Origin: Sphaeroforma arctica JP610
Lineage: Eukaryota
DNA: 32,955 bases
Direction: 5' to 3'
NCBI RefSeq assembly: GCF_001186125.1
Contig: NW_014040049.1
Location: 1 to 32,955 of the forward strand
Positions 12,260-25,700 of the stretch are shown here, in pieces. A program made the translations under genes and the position numbers. The notes below the pieces were generated by a model that saw only the letters and a list, made by a program, of their open reading frames with translations, was not told the origin of the DNA and made no database searches. Each line of letters begins with the position of its first letter. Position 1 is the first letter of the stretch.

Positions 12260-13417
12260 ATGTACGGCATCATTGAGCCTCGTGTACGTCTGGAGGTGAT
12301 GAACAAGTATCAGATCCTATTTATTCTGGTGGTCACATACATTGCGGTGGTTCTGGCGTCTCTGTCGGTTGTGTATGAGATACGCTTGGGCACTGCCGAG
12401 ATACCCCAAAGTGGCGAATCGTGCAACAGCAGCCAAATAAGTGCACGTCAACTAGGATTAACTTCATTGATTAGTGATCGTTCAAACAAGAAGGCAATCC
12501 GGAAGGATGCATATGTAGGTGCTGATAGTCCCCGCACGCGACATGGAGATATCTCTTCATATGTGCAAAATGGTGGTGCTTTGATGCGCGGTACGTATAA
12601 CTATAATTTAGTACGAAACATGCCAGAAACCCCTACTCATTCTCGTGGTCTCGAAAGCAGGCTCATACGTACACCAAGAACATTAACACGAACGCGAGAT
12701 GCGTTTGAGCATACCGCCTTAGGTAGCAGTGGTGTATATAACAACAGACAGGCACATAAGTATCAGTTGCCCAGTGATGAAACACCCGAGATTATCAGCG
12801 AAGGGGATGCAGCTGGCACTGTACAGGAGCCTACGTCAGATGATGAAGATATGGTAGAAATGATTATCAGTGAAGATAGTGGCGAGAACGAAGACTTCAA
12901 GCCATGCACGGTATGTTCAATGGACTGAATTGCACTATAGATATGAGAGTTGAATCTATGTAGTGTCACATTTGAATTGGTTTTCGGGAATTGCAGTCTG
13001 GCACAGTAAGCTGGTCGATTCCCCACCCTTACATATGATCTCTCATCGGTGTAGGCACTTGTAAGATCCATGCAAGTCTCGTATATTGCGATGTAGCAGG
13101 CTGACTTAATGGCATGTCAATAAGCACCACGCGTTTGTTTTGCCAGTGTGCTACTACTGACGAATGTTGGTGAACGCAAGATCAAAATGTATTCAAATAA
13201 CTTTCACCTCTGGTATATGAATAAGTCGTACTTGAGGGATCGTTAACACTCTTGGGTCGGCTGCCTAGAGTATCACATTAATATTTGTATAGGATACATT
13301 GTAGTAGTAGCCGTAGTCAAAAAAGTATCATTTTCTTATCAATTTGCTCCGGTTGATACTTCAGTGAGTTCGATATCAGTCAAGCACTTCTAGTATATAT
13401 ATATATATATATATATG

Positions 13418-13475
<58 letters not shown>

Positions 13476-16400
13476 CGCAATCATATTAGAATTTTGCGTC
13501 TATGTCGCCTGTAGCTCATATAGGCGTTTGATACTAGCGTAATAACACATATGAACCATACAAGTTGCACAAATTGATACGATTTCGTACTAGTCCACTT
13601 GTCTTCTGGAAAAGAATATACATACACATTTATGTATACACGCACATAAACGCAAGCGTGTATTCTCTATTTTATCATACACGTGGAAAAGTGAACTAAT
13701 ATATATCACAATATACACACACTTGAGAAGAACACACCTGTTGTTGATAAGCTTCCTAGTAAGTGTTGTATCTACACTCAGTATAAGTGTCGGTCGTCTT
13801 CTCGGCAAAGAGACTGTTCGTTTCAGTGTGTGTCTGCGGGGCCAGTATAATACGCTATATGCCTTGCATATAGTTCCGGTATAGGATATGCTGAATAGTG
13901 CACACGTTTTGGTCGATATACGTAGCATGTTTGATAACCTTTGTCTGCACGTCGATTATATTTATCTTAGGTAGCACTAGCCTGATACATATCTAGTTTT
14001 GGACAAGCGCTTTAGTAAGTAGGATTCGCATAAATCTGTCCGTATTGTTGATAAGCTGTGTATTATTAGGTATTTAAAAGTCATCAGCCAAACAAATCAA
14101 ACACCCAGTGGTGTCCTGTGGCCTCCAGCTCCTCACAGAGACACAGACTCGCAGTCTCTCGACCTGTGGAAACTGGGTAGATCTCTACTATAGAGACATC
14201 GTATTTATATCACAAAGGGCCATTGTTTCTGCGTGTTGTATTTTATTTTTGTCATCATCATCGTATTTTGACCGTTTGACCATCATCACAAAAACAATGT
14301 GTCAAAGGTTGTGCGCCTGTGCGCCTGTGCGCCTGTGCGCCTGTGCGCAGCGCTCTGATGAAGAAGAGAAGGAGGGTTTTTTTTAAATATGTAATCAGGT
14401 TTTTTCTTGTCATGGCTAAAATTGAATATTTATTTAGAAGGGTATTTATGTTCTCGCTTGGAGAACTATGTTTGGAATGCTATTACGCTTATAATCACAA
14501 ACATAGTTTTCACATATAATTGAAAGTTTAATGAAAGTCAAAAATGAATTCTGGGGTTTGTTTTCTATTGTTTTTAAAAAAAGAAAAAGAAACAAAAATT
14601 TACATATTTACATAAATTTTATATCTATTTAAAACAAAATACACAAACTCAAAGCTCATCAAATAAATAAAGCATTATATTTGTTTTGAAAAACAAACAT
14701 CATTATAATTTATATGTAGCTCACTAAAGTATTCATGGCCCATTTATTTTAAATTTGTCGCTGGAAGGATAAAAAATGCAGGTGTTATGTGCGTGACGTC
14801 AGACAGGTTTTTTGACCCATGGTTTCTTGGAGGAGCAGTAAACCTGATGTCAGCTGTCAAAAAGGAAATGACGAACATGTCAAGAATGCGTTGTCAACCA
14901 AGACTGCAGCATGGTGATTTCAGTGCTGCAGGAGTAACTAATTCAGGAATAGGAAGATACTATTGGATAGATTTCTATTGAAGATCTTACTGGATAGGAC
15001 CGATGTAGGGGAGGCTACAAATAATGTAAGCTTAGAATTATATCAATTCTGATTGAAGGTGAACAACTCGACGAACAAGGAAGCAATTATGCAACGCTTC
15101 CGACCGAATGAGTATGAGTATAAATAGAGCTATCACTAGGTGTGAGAGAGCAAGCAAGGTTAACATCTAGTTTGCTAAACAAATGTTTAAAGAAGGTTTT
15201 TCAGTTTGAGTAATAGGAAACATACAGTATCCACGATGTGAAACCATTACGCTTCTGGTATATCCGCTGTATCGAAGCTCAAAAGAACAGATGTACGTCA
15301 TGGCAATATTCTATCATCTGCGTCTATTCAAGACGCTTTTCTCTCTGACCCCGACTTAAAGCAGCCCAAGATCGGTCTCGTTCGTTTCTTGTCACAAATA
15401 ATTGCACAAGTATCAAATCCCCCCCCTCTCCGCTATTAAAGTACAAAGGCCTTCCTCACAATTTTATTGCCTGACACTCAACAGGACCTGACCCCATAAA
15501 TGATTTATTTTTGTTATCTTCTAAAAGAAATAGAAGTCATCAAATGATCAAGGGACCAGGAGTCAACGACACATGCACCCTTGATCCAGCCACTAGCCAA
15601 CACCTTTAAAAAAAGTAAAACACGAGAGGTCTCCCAGCTCAACGCCTCAACCACTCACACAAGAGGGCTCTCAGCTCAACGTCTCAACCACTCACACAAG
15701 AGGGAGTCATAGAAGGCTGCAAGCTTTCAGATTCGTCTCTAGATTTTTTATAGTTTTCGAAAAAGCAGAACAACGAAACAAAATAATTTACATATTGTGC
15801 CCCTGAAAGCTGAAGCCTGAATTTCAGAATTTGTTCAGTGTGAAGGCTCATGAATACATTTTGTTTATATTAGATGAAGAGATAAAAAGATAAAAACATA
15901 GCCGGCTAAATATGTAAAAAAAAGGCACAGCTCGTTATTTTGAACAAAACCATATTACATAGATAATGATAAAGCATCTTGTACACTTTTATTACTTTGA
16001 TTTGATTCGATAATTGAAAATGACTATACATCAAACCAGTTACCAGATACATAGTTTTAGTCGAAATGGAAATTCAAAATCCACATTTGGATTTGGGAAC
16101 TGATTTATTTTTAAAAACAATCATAAAGCATTTTATACCTTTCATACATTTTTTTATTAACAAAATGGACTCTACAATTTTTTTAATCAAAATTGTACTA
16201 CAAGTACCACTGTGACAGTGAGTCCTGAGTCCCTGACCACTGTGAAGTTCTGCTGTGAACCCTAACCACTGTGAAACCTATCCACGGTGAAGTGTGAACC
16301 CTGACCAATGTGAACCCTGACCAGTCACCACCAGAGGACCTCTTGACAAAATGTCAAGCACTGTTATAGTGTCACTGTCAATAGTCTGTAGACAGTAGTG

Positions 16401-16564
16401 TAGAACTGTAGTCTGTAGTGAGTGTAGACTGTACAGTGAGTGTGTAAATAGGCTGTAGACTGTTAGCCTGAATATTATACTTGCGAATATGCTATAAACG
16501 TTTAACGTAAACGTAAAAAAAATTAGTTCTTTATGCGTTGTCTGNNNNNNNNNNNNNNNNNNNN

Positions 16565-16614
<50 letters not shown>

Positions 16615-16699
16615 CAATACATGTGTGTGTGTGTGTGTGTTTTATTCTCATGTATATGTATATGTTTATATATTTACACATAGACACATATATATATAT

Positions 16700-16733
<34 letters not shown>

Positions 16734-19700
16734 CGTGTGTGTCTGTGTGTGTTTGTGTATGTAAATATATATACATATACATATACATGAAAATTTCAAA
16801 ACCCACACACGCACACACACATGTATGTATTTGTATATATATATATGTATAGTCATAAATTGATTTGCAATGGGAATTTACTATTCAAAAACAGGATGTT
16901 CGCGAGGGATGGATCCTGTGGTCAGGTCGACTGCCCAAGTGGTCTGTTCTGTATGGCCTCTTCGGTTTGATGGTCGACATAAACGTGCCAGCAAATCATC
17001 CTCCATTGGATATTGTCTTGCCCTACACTGTCGACGTGGTATGTTGTCAACTGTAAGATTCGCGGGAATATAGTGATATTACTTAAATGCGTGGTTGAGT
17101 TTCCCTACATTAGTCGTATAAATTATAGTACTCGTTGACTTTTATGTAAAATGCTTGTAATATGTGATACAGCAATTCTTGAAACCCTGGCCGAGTTGCC
17201 ATCTTGTAGATATTATTTATGATTGCAAACAAACGTAGTAAGTGTAGCCGCGGTGTCGTAGTACGGATATGTACCGCGAATTAACACCATATCTCCCGGC
17301 CTAAACTGACAAACTTGTGCTTCGAAATGCAAGTGAGTCCGGGAGGATTGTTGAACCTGTCAGCAATGGTTGTCTCCGTTGACTACTTGCACATTACCGG
17401 CGATGATAGATTGTCTGGTTTATTGAGCTCACTCCTATTCAAGAGATAGGCACTGATCTGACGTGCACTTATCTTCACAAACAGGTGTGCACATGCAAGA
17501 CTGACAATAGACAATATATCACATACTATTACATCTTCATGCTTGTATGCCTTTATCGCACCATAGTACGCCGCTGAGGAGGAGCACCAGCTCTTGCGGC
17601 TTGTGCGGCGGATTGGACACAAGCAAGTGCGATTTCATTGCGATTCTACTGACAGTAGACGGCGGTCTTTAAATGTGCCAGAGAGAGCCACGCAGCCAGA
17701 ATCAGGGGTAAATGTCAATGGCAGTTTACTTGAGGTCAACGGTAGCTATACCGGGCCCAATAGTATTCTTATTAGGAATACAAATGCAAGCGATGCTTCC
17801 GAACTGGAGAGACTGCCGAATAACGCGAAACAGCGTGTGTTGTGCACATCCGCTGATGTATTTGCGAAATCTGAGCTGTCGTGCTATAATTGCCGAAATA
17901 GAATGGCTGATTTCAAGGTATGTTTAGCGCGGTGTGGTACAACCCATTGTGAATGAAAAGCGAATTCTCGGAGACTGTCATGCTTTCATTGTGTTCGCTT
18001 GTATGCTTCTTTTATATGTAATTGTTTAATAGCAGCAGTGTCCATGGTAGGTTCTGGATATTTTGTGTGAGCATATCAATCGGATTGGTTGCAAGCTGCA
18101 ATGCATATGAGATCGCGTTATGGTACACTATTTGGGCAGCTATTCCTAGGGCAGAAAACGAAGTCTCTACCTTGACTATTTGAAAGGTGTACAGACTGCT
18201 GCTTACATACTCTATAAAAGTGATGCCTCGGGTAAAATAAATTAAAAAATCAATATTCTGTCTGCTACATTTCACCCAGGTTTTCGAGGTCCGGGTTAAT
18301 TACACAGTCTCGGTGGACCGTGTTAAAGACATTGAAATGCTGCACGGTTTACTGCTGGCCAATTCTTTCACGTACAAATTTACGTACAGGTACGTGACAC
18401 TACCAATGAACACCTACAATCCTCCTGAGCTTCGAGCTCGAGCTGCTTTAATCTTTTCTACTTATATGAACCATCTAGACTTTGACGCTCTATGCACGTC
18501 TCGGCTTCTACGCACAATCCGCCTGTGGTAATGTCGCACACTGTATTTCCGACTGTCTCACTTTCGTATGCGTTCTGCTCCACTTACACCGAATTTATGC
18601 TTTCCCCAATATCCATACGTATTTGCGCAGCCGACTTCTGTATCGTACCACCGAGATTGTCATCCGCGCTGTGATGTTGGTGGTGACATTCGCGATGTTG
18701 GTCATTTACATCCATCAGCTAATTGCCAGTCCGCCCAGGTTCTTCGAATCTCTCCCGGAACAAGTACGTGTGTATGCACCACAAATCTACGTAGCAGTCG
18801 TATGCTGACATGTGCGCCGCTTGTCTGGACCATCAGATCAGTTTCGAATTGTCTGATGTTGCACTCTTTAACTTCTATTGGTAGTGAACTATGCCATGGG
18901 ATGCTATATACCGCTAAGAGGATCTCCATAATCTGCTAGTTAGCTCTGCTCCAATTTACACTCTACATTTTGTTGAAAGCATAAACGTGTTAGTAGAAAC
19001 GTAATACATTCTCTATCAGGTGAATCAATTGATGGGTTACAAATTCGTTTTTCAACAAACCCAGCAATCTGCCTATCGAACATCATACTTTGAAAGGAGT
19101 CTGCGTGAAATTTTTCTCAACTCATACATGGCTATGTATCTCACACCTTGGCACGAACTTGATATTCGTATATTTTATACAATACAGCGCTATGTGATCA
19201 GTCTTTTGGTGGCCACGGTGATGTACCAGAATCCCTTGTCCATCCCTATCTTAGTAACTGGTGAGTTTATGCCAGAAACACTCACTTCGCGACTTCTGTG
19301 GCGGAGGATCTGTATTTCGATGTATTTGTGTCTATGTTAAATATGTATATGTGTGCTCTGTTACGTGCATCTGTATGGCTACCAAATTAATGTGCAATAT
19401 AAACCTCTCGCGTGGCATTGCCTATTCCGGTCACTCCTTGAGCACCTTACACTTTGTTTGCCATACATTTGTGTCAGTGTTAAATATATATGTGTGTGCT
19501 CAGTTAGGCTATCTGTATGACTACCAAGGTATTTTGCAATATGAATCTCTCGCGTGGCATTGCCTTTTCGGGTCGCTCCTTTGATGCCTCACACTTTGTG
19601 TTGTTGTAAATTTGCTTGTTAAGAATATATTTCTTAGAAACATCCCGCCGTGCATTTCGCAATCACTTTTTAGAACTCGGTGTTGCCTTATCATACGCAT

Positions 19701-22700
19701 ATTGAGCAGGCAATGATGCTGCCTGAAACATATTAATCATCGATGGTCATGGATGCGATTTTTCTTGATTAACCGTTTCAACACTTTTGACTGTGTAGGC
19801 AACTACACCTGTTTCTTGGTAGGGGAGATGTTGACCGTTACTGCGATTGCCATCCTCATGGCAACATATCTCTTCATCTTCGACTGTATACATCTACTGA
19901 GGTAAAGCTGCCAGGTCTTTTGCGTTGTTTTTTTCAAATAGATGCATATCCCAGGATATCTATGTTTGGCTTCCCATAGCCCTCTTTTATTGAAATGTCT
20001 CGTGGCGGCATTGAACCAGAGAGTTCGCATATGCATAAAATGATTATAACAATGTGAGTGCAAAATCCTAGGTATACTCCACGATGTGGCATTATGCCTC
20101 TAACCAGAAAGTCACTTAACGGTGATTGACCGCACAGATTAACTTGCTATACGTCTGCTCTTGCAGGGACGACGACCGTAGTGTGGTGTTCTATATGCCG
20201 AAGCTAGTGTTCGCTTGTTCGTACTGGGTTACAGGAATGTTATTGCTGTATCTGCGAATATTCAACTACGACCAGGTGAGTATTTTTGTCGTACGAATTC
20301 ATACTGCCAGCTCCATTTGACGGTTCCAAGAGGCTCTGTCAATCAGTTTGGAAAGGCTATGTGGTACCTATATGTAAGCGCGCTGATTATTACTGACGGG
20401 GTTAATCGATCAGGCGAGCTCAAGTGCACCAATGTACAGTATCGTTGCCGTAGTCTTCGCTATTGCTATTTCTCGCAGTGTGTATCTACCTGTCCAGGAT
20501 ACAAAACTTACAGAAGAACGGTATTTAGGGTCAGCAACTTCAAATTTCAATTTTTAACTCATCGACGAAGTGCTCGATTTTAGTTTTTGAATCTTTACTA
20601 TTATTGTATCACACTACACAGGATGTGCAAGAATTCGATGTCGACTCCTTAGTGATGGAGTTTGTAATCGCCATGGAGTATTGCAAGGTGTGTGATGGTT
20701 GGCGACATAGCGCACCTCCATATGCAGGTCAACACCCTGCACAAGACCCTGTCATGCAACACATGGGCTGTAGCTGCCTGATCGTCTCGTAGTGTCACTT
20801 GGGTACATTGCTGTACTCCCACACCACGTCCAGAATCTTCCATCGTTTCCTAATCTGAATTATATCCCGCAAAACTCACTGCAGATCGTGATGAAGGTTG
20901 TGTGGACTGTCTGGATGTTTGCGATCATTGTCAACACACGTTCGTATTTAGAACCCATGCCTTATCTGCGCACGAGGTTCCGTCAGCTGCCCTTCCGGTA
21001 CTTCATTCTTCAAGGTATGAGATCGAGCAGAAGACCTGTGCATTCAACTCTCATGTGAATATTGGTTCGGGGGATTTGAGTAGGTCAGCAGTGTTCGGCT
21101 GATAATACAGAGGTCTCGACCTATCAAACGATTACTCGTAGCAAGCATTTTCATCAATTGTTGAGATATCTGCCTCAATGTAACGTATGTTTCTGGTAGC
21201 GCCTGTGCCTGTGTGTGTACGATAGAAAGCGTTTGTGAGACTTTACACAGCTGTGAACACGTAGTGATGAATGTGTTGGACCTAGATATAGGTGCTTATC
21301 ACAAGCTACTTCTCTTTTCTTGGATTCTCAGGTTGGTGTGTGATGATATTTTTCATCGTGATCATCATCAGAGGTCTGATTGCGAAGTCCTTGTTCGACG
21401 TTTCCAAAACGGCACCTTTGCTGGGTAAGTTACAAAGTATTATGGAACGAGGTGATATCATCGAATAGCGTTACGTTACTCTATATGCTGCATGAATTGT
21501 ACCGGTACATGTGTGTCAATAGTCTGTATATTCCGCTGGCGTCTACTGTTTGCCTCAGCACAGGGCCATCCAAGCGCTCTCTATTGTGTAATAATCTGGT
21601 ATGAATTACACATGTCTGCGGTATAGTTTGTATGTACCGCTTTTCAACCCCTAAACCTTAAACACGAAAGTGAAATTTAAGCTTAATCGTCATACACGTA
21701 GTGTCTTCAGTGTATGCGTAAACCACGTTCCTACAGTTCCAACCCTTTCACAGTGGTTTTCGAGAATGTCTCGTTGTTTCCCAAGTATCAACGTACGATA
21801 TGCGCTGTGATATATATGGATCGAGGTAGGCTGGTATCAGTCGCCGGTATATTGCGTTTACAAAGTCATATTATTTCTTTAACAAAGTATAGTCTGAACA
21901 CAAAACCGGTCGCTACAGGCTGTTGCGACGTGATCTGACCTAAAAGCAAGCCCAGTTCAGACCACCTACTCCTATGTATTCATCTTTATACGTATCCGTT
22001 CTCTTACACATACAGGCGTGGTATTTATCATTACTGTCTACAATATTCTGCTGGCTCTAATCTATTTGCCGCCGAAGCGCTACCCTCTGCTGTGCTGTTG
22101 TAGGCGGAAGTCCGAGCGTGGCTGTTTCAAGAGGGGTCTGCGACGGTTAGAAAATATATCTGTACTTGTATGCTTCTGTGAAATTGCTGAACAACATGTG
22201 TGTCATAAACCTTGCTAGTGAGAGTACTAGGGAAGATTACCTCTGCTTGGATGAGTGAGTCAGAAGAGATTGTATTTTATGTGTGCCCTGTTGTATTCCT
22301 TGGAGAGGGTATAAGGTTGTATACCTGCACATGTGTAGTATAGAGAGGGAAAGTGCTCAGCTCCAGCTGTCATAAGTGTAACGCTCGCACGAGAGGTTTA
22401 CGGCGGTGAGATTGAATACCTAAGCTCCTATGTGTGCTTGTGGAATCTTGCGTGCGACATTCCACGGCCCTCCTATTGCGGCTGTGCGTTGTCAACTGTT
22501 CTACCCCGTGCCTGTGCTATATAGTGTCCTCGAGAGTAGTTACCTGTTGTGTGTGTCATACGAATAACCCCCTTCCCAATCATCTGGCTTTGTGCACGTG
22601 CCTCTTTTTTTGCGATAATGAGTACCCCAGCCCACAGTTGTCTGTCAACTCTCTCGCCGTGCAGGATGCTGTTGAACGAAAACAGAGCAGCAGATAACAG

Positions 22701-25700
22701 CCACGCAATCTATGCTTGATTCATCCATTAGTTGTGTATATCACAACTACATATATGGAATCCTGAATGTATCCTGTTATATTTAAGATCTACAAGGACC
22801 TACTACAAAATAAACGCATTCCATGTTCGTCTTTATACCGCAGGCGCGACGCATTGGTGGAGGATTACGAATTGCTACACGAAGGGTTGCGCTCGGGTAA
22901 GATTTGTCGAATAGATATCGCACACTTGACCAAGCTGTAGAAAGCAATTGTTTATATTGGAATTGTCGTGTACCCAATTACAATATTTCCACATTGTATG
23001 TATGTTCTACTTTTACGGATTTAGTATGTGTATATATATATATATATCTTATGCTCATATGTATGTACGCTAAATCGCATGTTGTGCAGATAACAGTTCA
23101 ACTGATGAGCTCTCGCCGACGACCAGCATCACAGACCTGTCCACCGATTTCTTGCAGCGGGTTCCGTCGCTGTCGCAGGCCGTGCCTTCATTTGATGACT
23201 TTATGACATTTATGAGCGGCTCAGATAGAGAATCACAGACCCAATTGAGAGAAAAGCGGAAGCCGAAAGTGAGGTGTGTGGTGGGCAAAAGTGGTGCCTG
23301 AGTTGTATCAATGTGGAATGGTGGTTTTAAAAGCAAAAGGGACAGCTTGTCGAGGGTTACAAATAGTGCTTGTATAGTAGATATGCGCATTTAACACATT
23401 TTATTAGACGCCTAGTCCTCGATACCGTTTTCTTAACAACAACTCTCGAGCTGGTCAAGAGAGGGCAATAGCCCACACAGTGATGGTTAACATTTGCGCG
23501 CTAATACGAACTGTGTGTATGCAAAGCCAGGAGACTTGGTATTGCCTAGACTTATACTGCATATAGTCCAAACAGCAAACGTGTATGACGTTGCCCATAC
23601 TTATCCTGCAAGTAGTGTGAGTGGCGCGAACAGTACGCAGCTAGTTTTGAATTGGTGTGCTCCGCCACACATGTGGCGCATTCCGTGGTTCGTGCGTATA
23701 AGGAGCACCTCACAACTGCCTATTTTCCTTCATTTTAAAACGCTGCTATACTTGCTTGATAGTTCGCCTGACCTACTATCTAGCACTACAAAGTCTTCGT
23801 CGTGGCCCATCCGCTGCTATGATATCTAGGTGATGCGACAGATATTTTTCCCATTTAAGTTACTTAATATGTTTCATGGATCAATCCCGCAGACGGGACT
23901 ACTTAGCACCTCGTACTGTTACAGGTCATGGCATTCGATGTTGCTGGCAAGCACGCTGCACCACTAATTACAGTCATATGTATCGAGATTCCTTTTAAAC
24001 GCCGCAATGTGTGGGCGCCGTTAGGGTTCAATATATCTAGCATGGTCGTTGTCACCTCTCTGTTGTGATGCGAATGTAGTTTCAATCTATACACTATAAT
24101 CCTTCTGTGCATATTTTACCTGCAGATACTCGCCTCTTCTGGCCAGTTTTCTCCTGAAGTACTCGATACAGGCGTACTACGACCCGCCCGATCGAGACAC
24201 TGCGTCTGGCTGGGGCAAGATCAACTCTGAGCTGTCTGTGGTGGGCTTCATCAGGTGAGAAAACTCAGCATATGGTGAAAGCCTAACATGAACACCAGAA
24301 TTGATTTGTGTAGATGTGTGAGGACCCATGTACATACAGGGCTCTGCTTGTCAGATGTACTATGTGGATGCCCAGATCCCACTCGGCTGAATGAACCTTA
24401 TCGTTCAGTATAGCATGTGAATTTTGTACACTGCTGTGCTCACATAACTGCCGAGCAGCCTCACGTTACATACGTGCGCGAAGACATGCCACATACAATG
24501 CAGGAAATTGCGCCACCACGGGCAAAGCCTCTACTTAATCTCTACATTTCGATTGCACTTTCGCTCCAAAAAGTCATTGTGTTGCTTGTCTTACTTCCAA
24601 TTCCCATGAGTTGCTATGTGTGAATTTTTCGTTAGATGCAATGAAGTGGAAGGTGTGAGCCTTGTAGTGGCGAGCAGCAATGCGTCACTGACTCTGAGCA
24701 TGTATTTGTATGACGTTTCTGCTGCAGTGACAATGCTGTGGATTCGCACGTGCTTGTTGCGCGGCGCGACCGGTTCCTGGTGGTGGCGTTTCGGGGGACC
24801 AGCTCGAAAGTCAACTGGGAGAGCAATCTCAAGTTTAATCAGGTGTGTGAACCGGTAAAGTATACAATCAGTGGTGTGTGGTTGGATGTGCGGTACTTGA
24901 TCTCAATCGATATATTGGGAGTTTTGCAAATGCGAGAACTCATAGCTTCGCTACGTTTTGAAAAATGTTTCCACAAAAAGATTCACCACATTCTAAGTAG
25001 GGCATAAGCCTTCGGTGCTAGCGGGTATTCTGATAAATTCAGGTGTACATATAATCAACTCGTGTAGATGTATATCATCATCCAAGAGCTAATTCATACA
25101 AAGGCTTCGCCCACTACGCAGCACCGTAATTGTATAGAGGATCTGGCTCTGTCAAGCACCCTCAGTTGCGCTTCCCTTTCGTCATGTCATATTTACGGAA
25201 TACGTCTCTTCTTTCACCCCGCACGCAGATGCCATTGCCCGTAGGCATAAACCCTACAACAACTATGTCGTCCTATTTCGTGCCGAAAGTGCATAGAGGG
25301 TTTTGGCTGGCTTACGCTGGTCTCAGAGAACGCTTGTTGGATCTCCTCCGTAATTATCTCACAGACCCCATCAATTGTTATGAGGTGATTGTGGCGAGAA
25401 TGTATACATGTTGATACTTATGTGCGTCTAAGTGATTGTCGTGTGCTGATAAGAACGGATGAATTTTAGTGGGTGTTAGAACCTCGATAAATTTCAGCAT
25501 AAATTCGACCCAACGTTATGCCCAAGTACTTCCGATTATGTAATATGGTTCGAAATTGACCCACCACTATTCTCTGTCAGCCCACCAGAGCACAACAGCA
25601 CGCCAAAACACCAACTTGAAATCACTCGGCCGTAGTAAATTTCTTCAGGGATTCAATTTACGATTCGGGTGTCTCCGCTCCAATATCACCCGTTGGCGGG

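Noticed and set aside
13147..13250. Possible extra exon after TTTTGCCAG in intron 1
   Set aside because: The phase-0 reading hits TGA after eight codons, and the nearby weak donor would not match the phase of exon 2.
17335..17370. GGGAGGATTGTTGAACC resembling part of 7SL/SRP RNA
   Set aside because: The similarity is too short, and no other SRP helices or motifs are visible.
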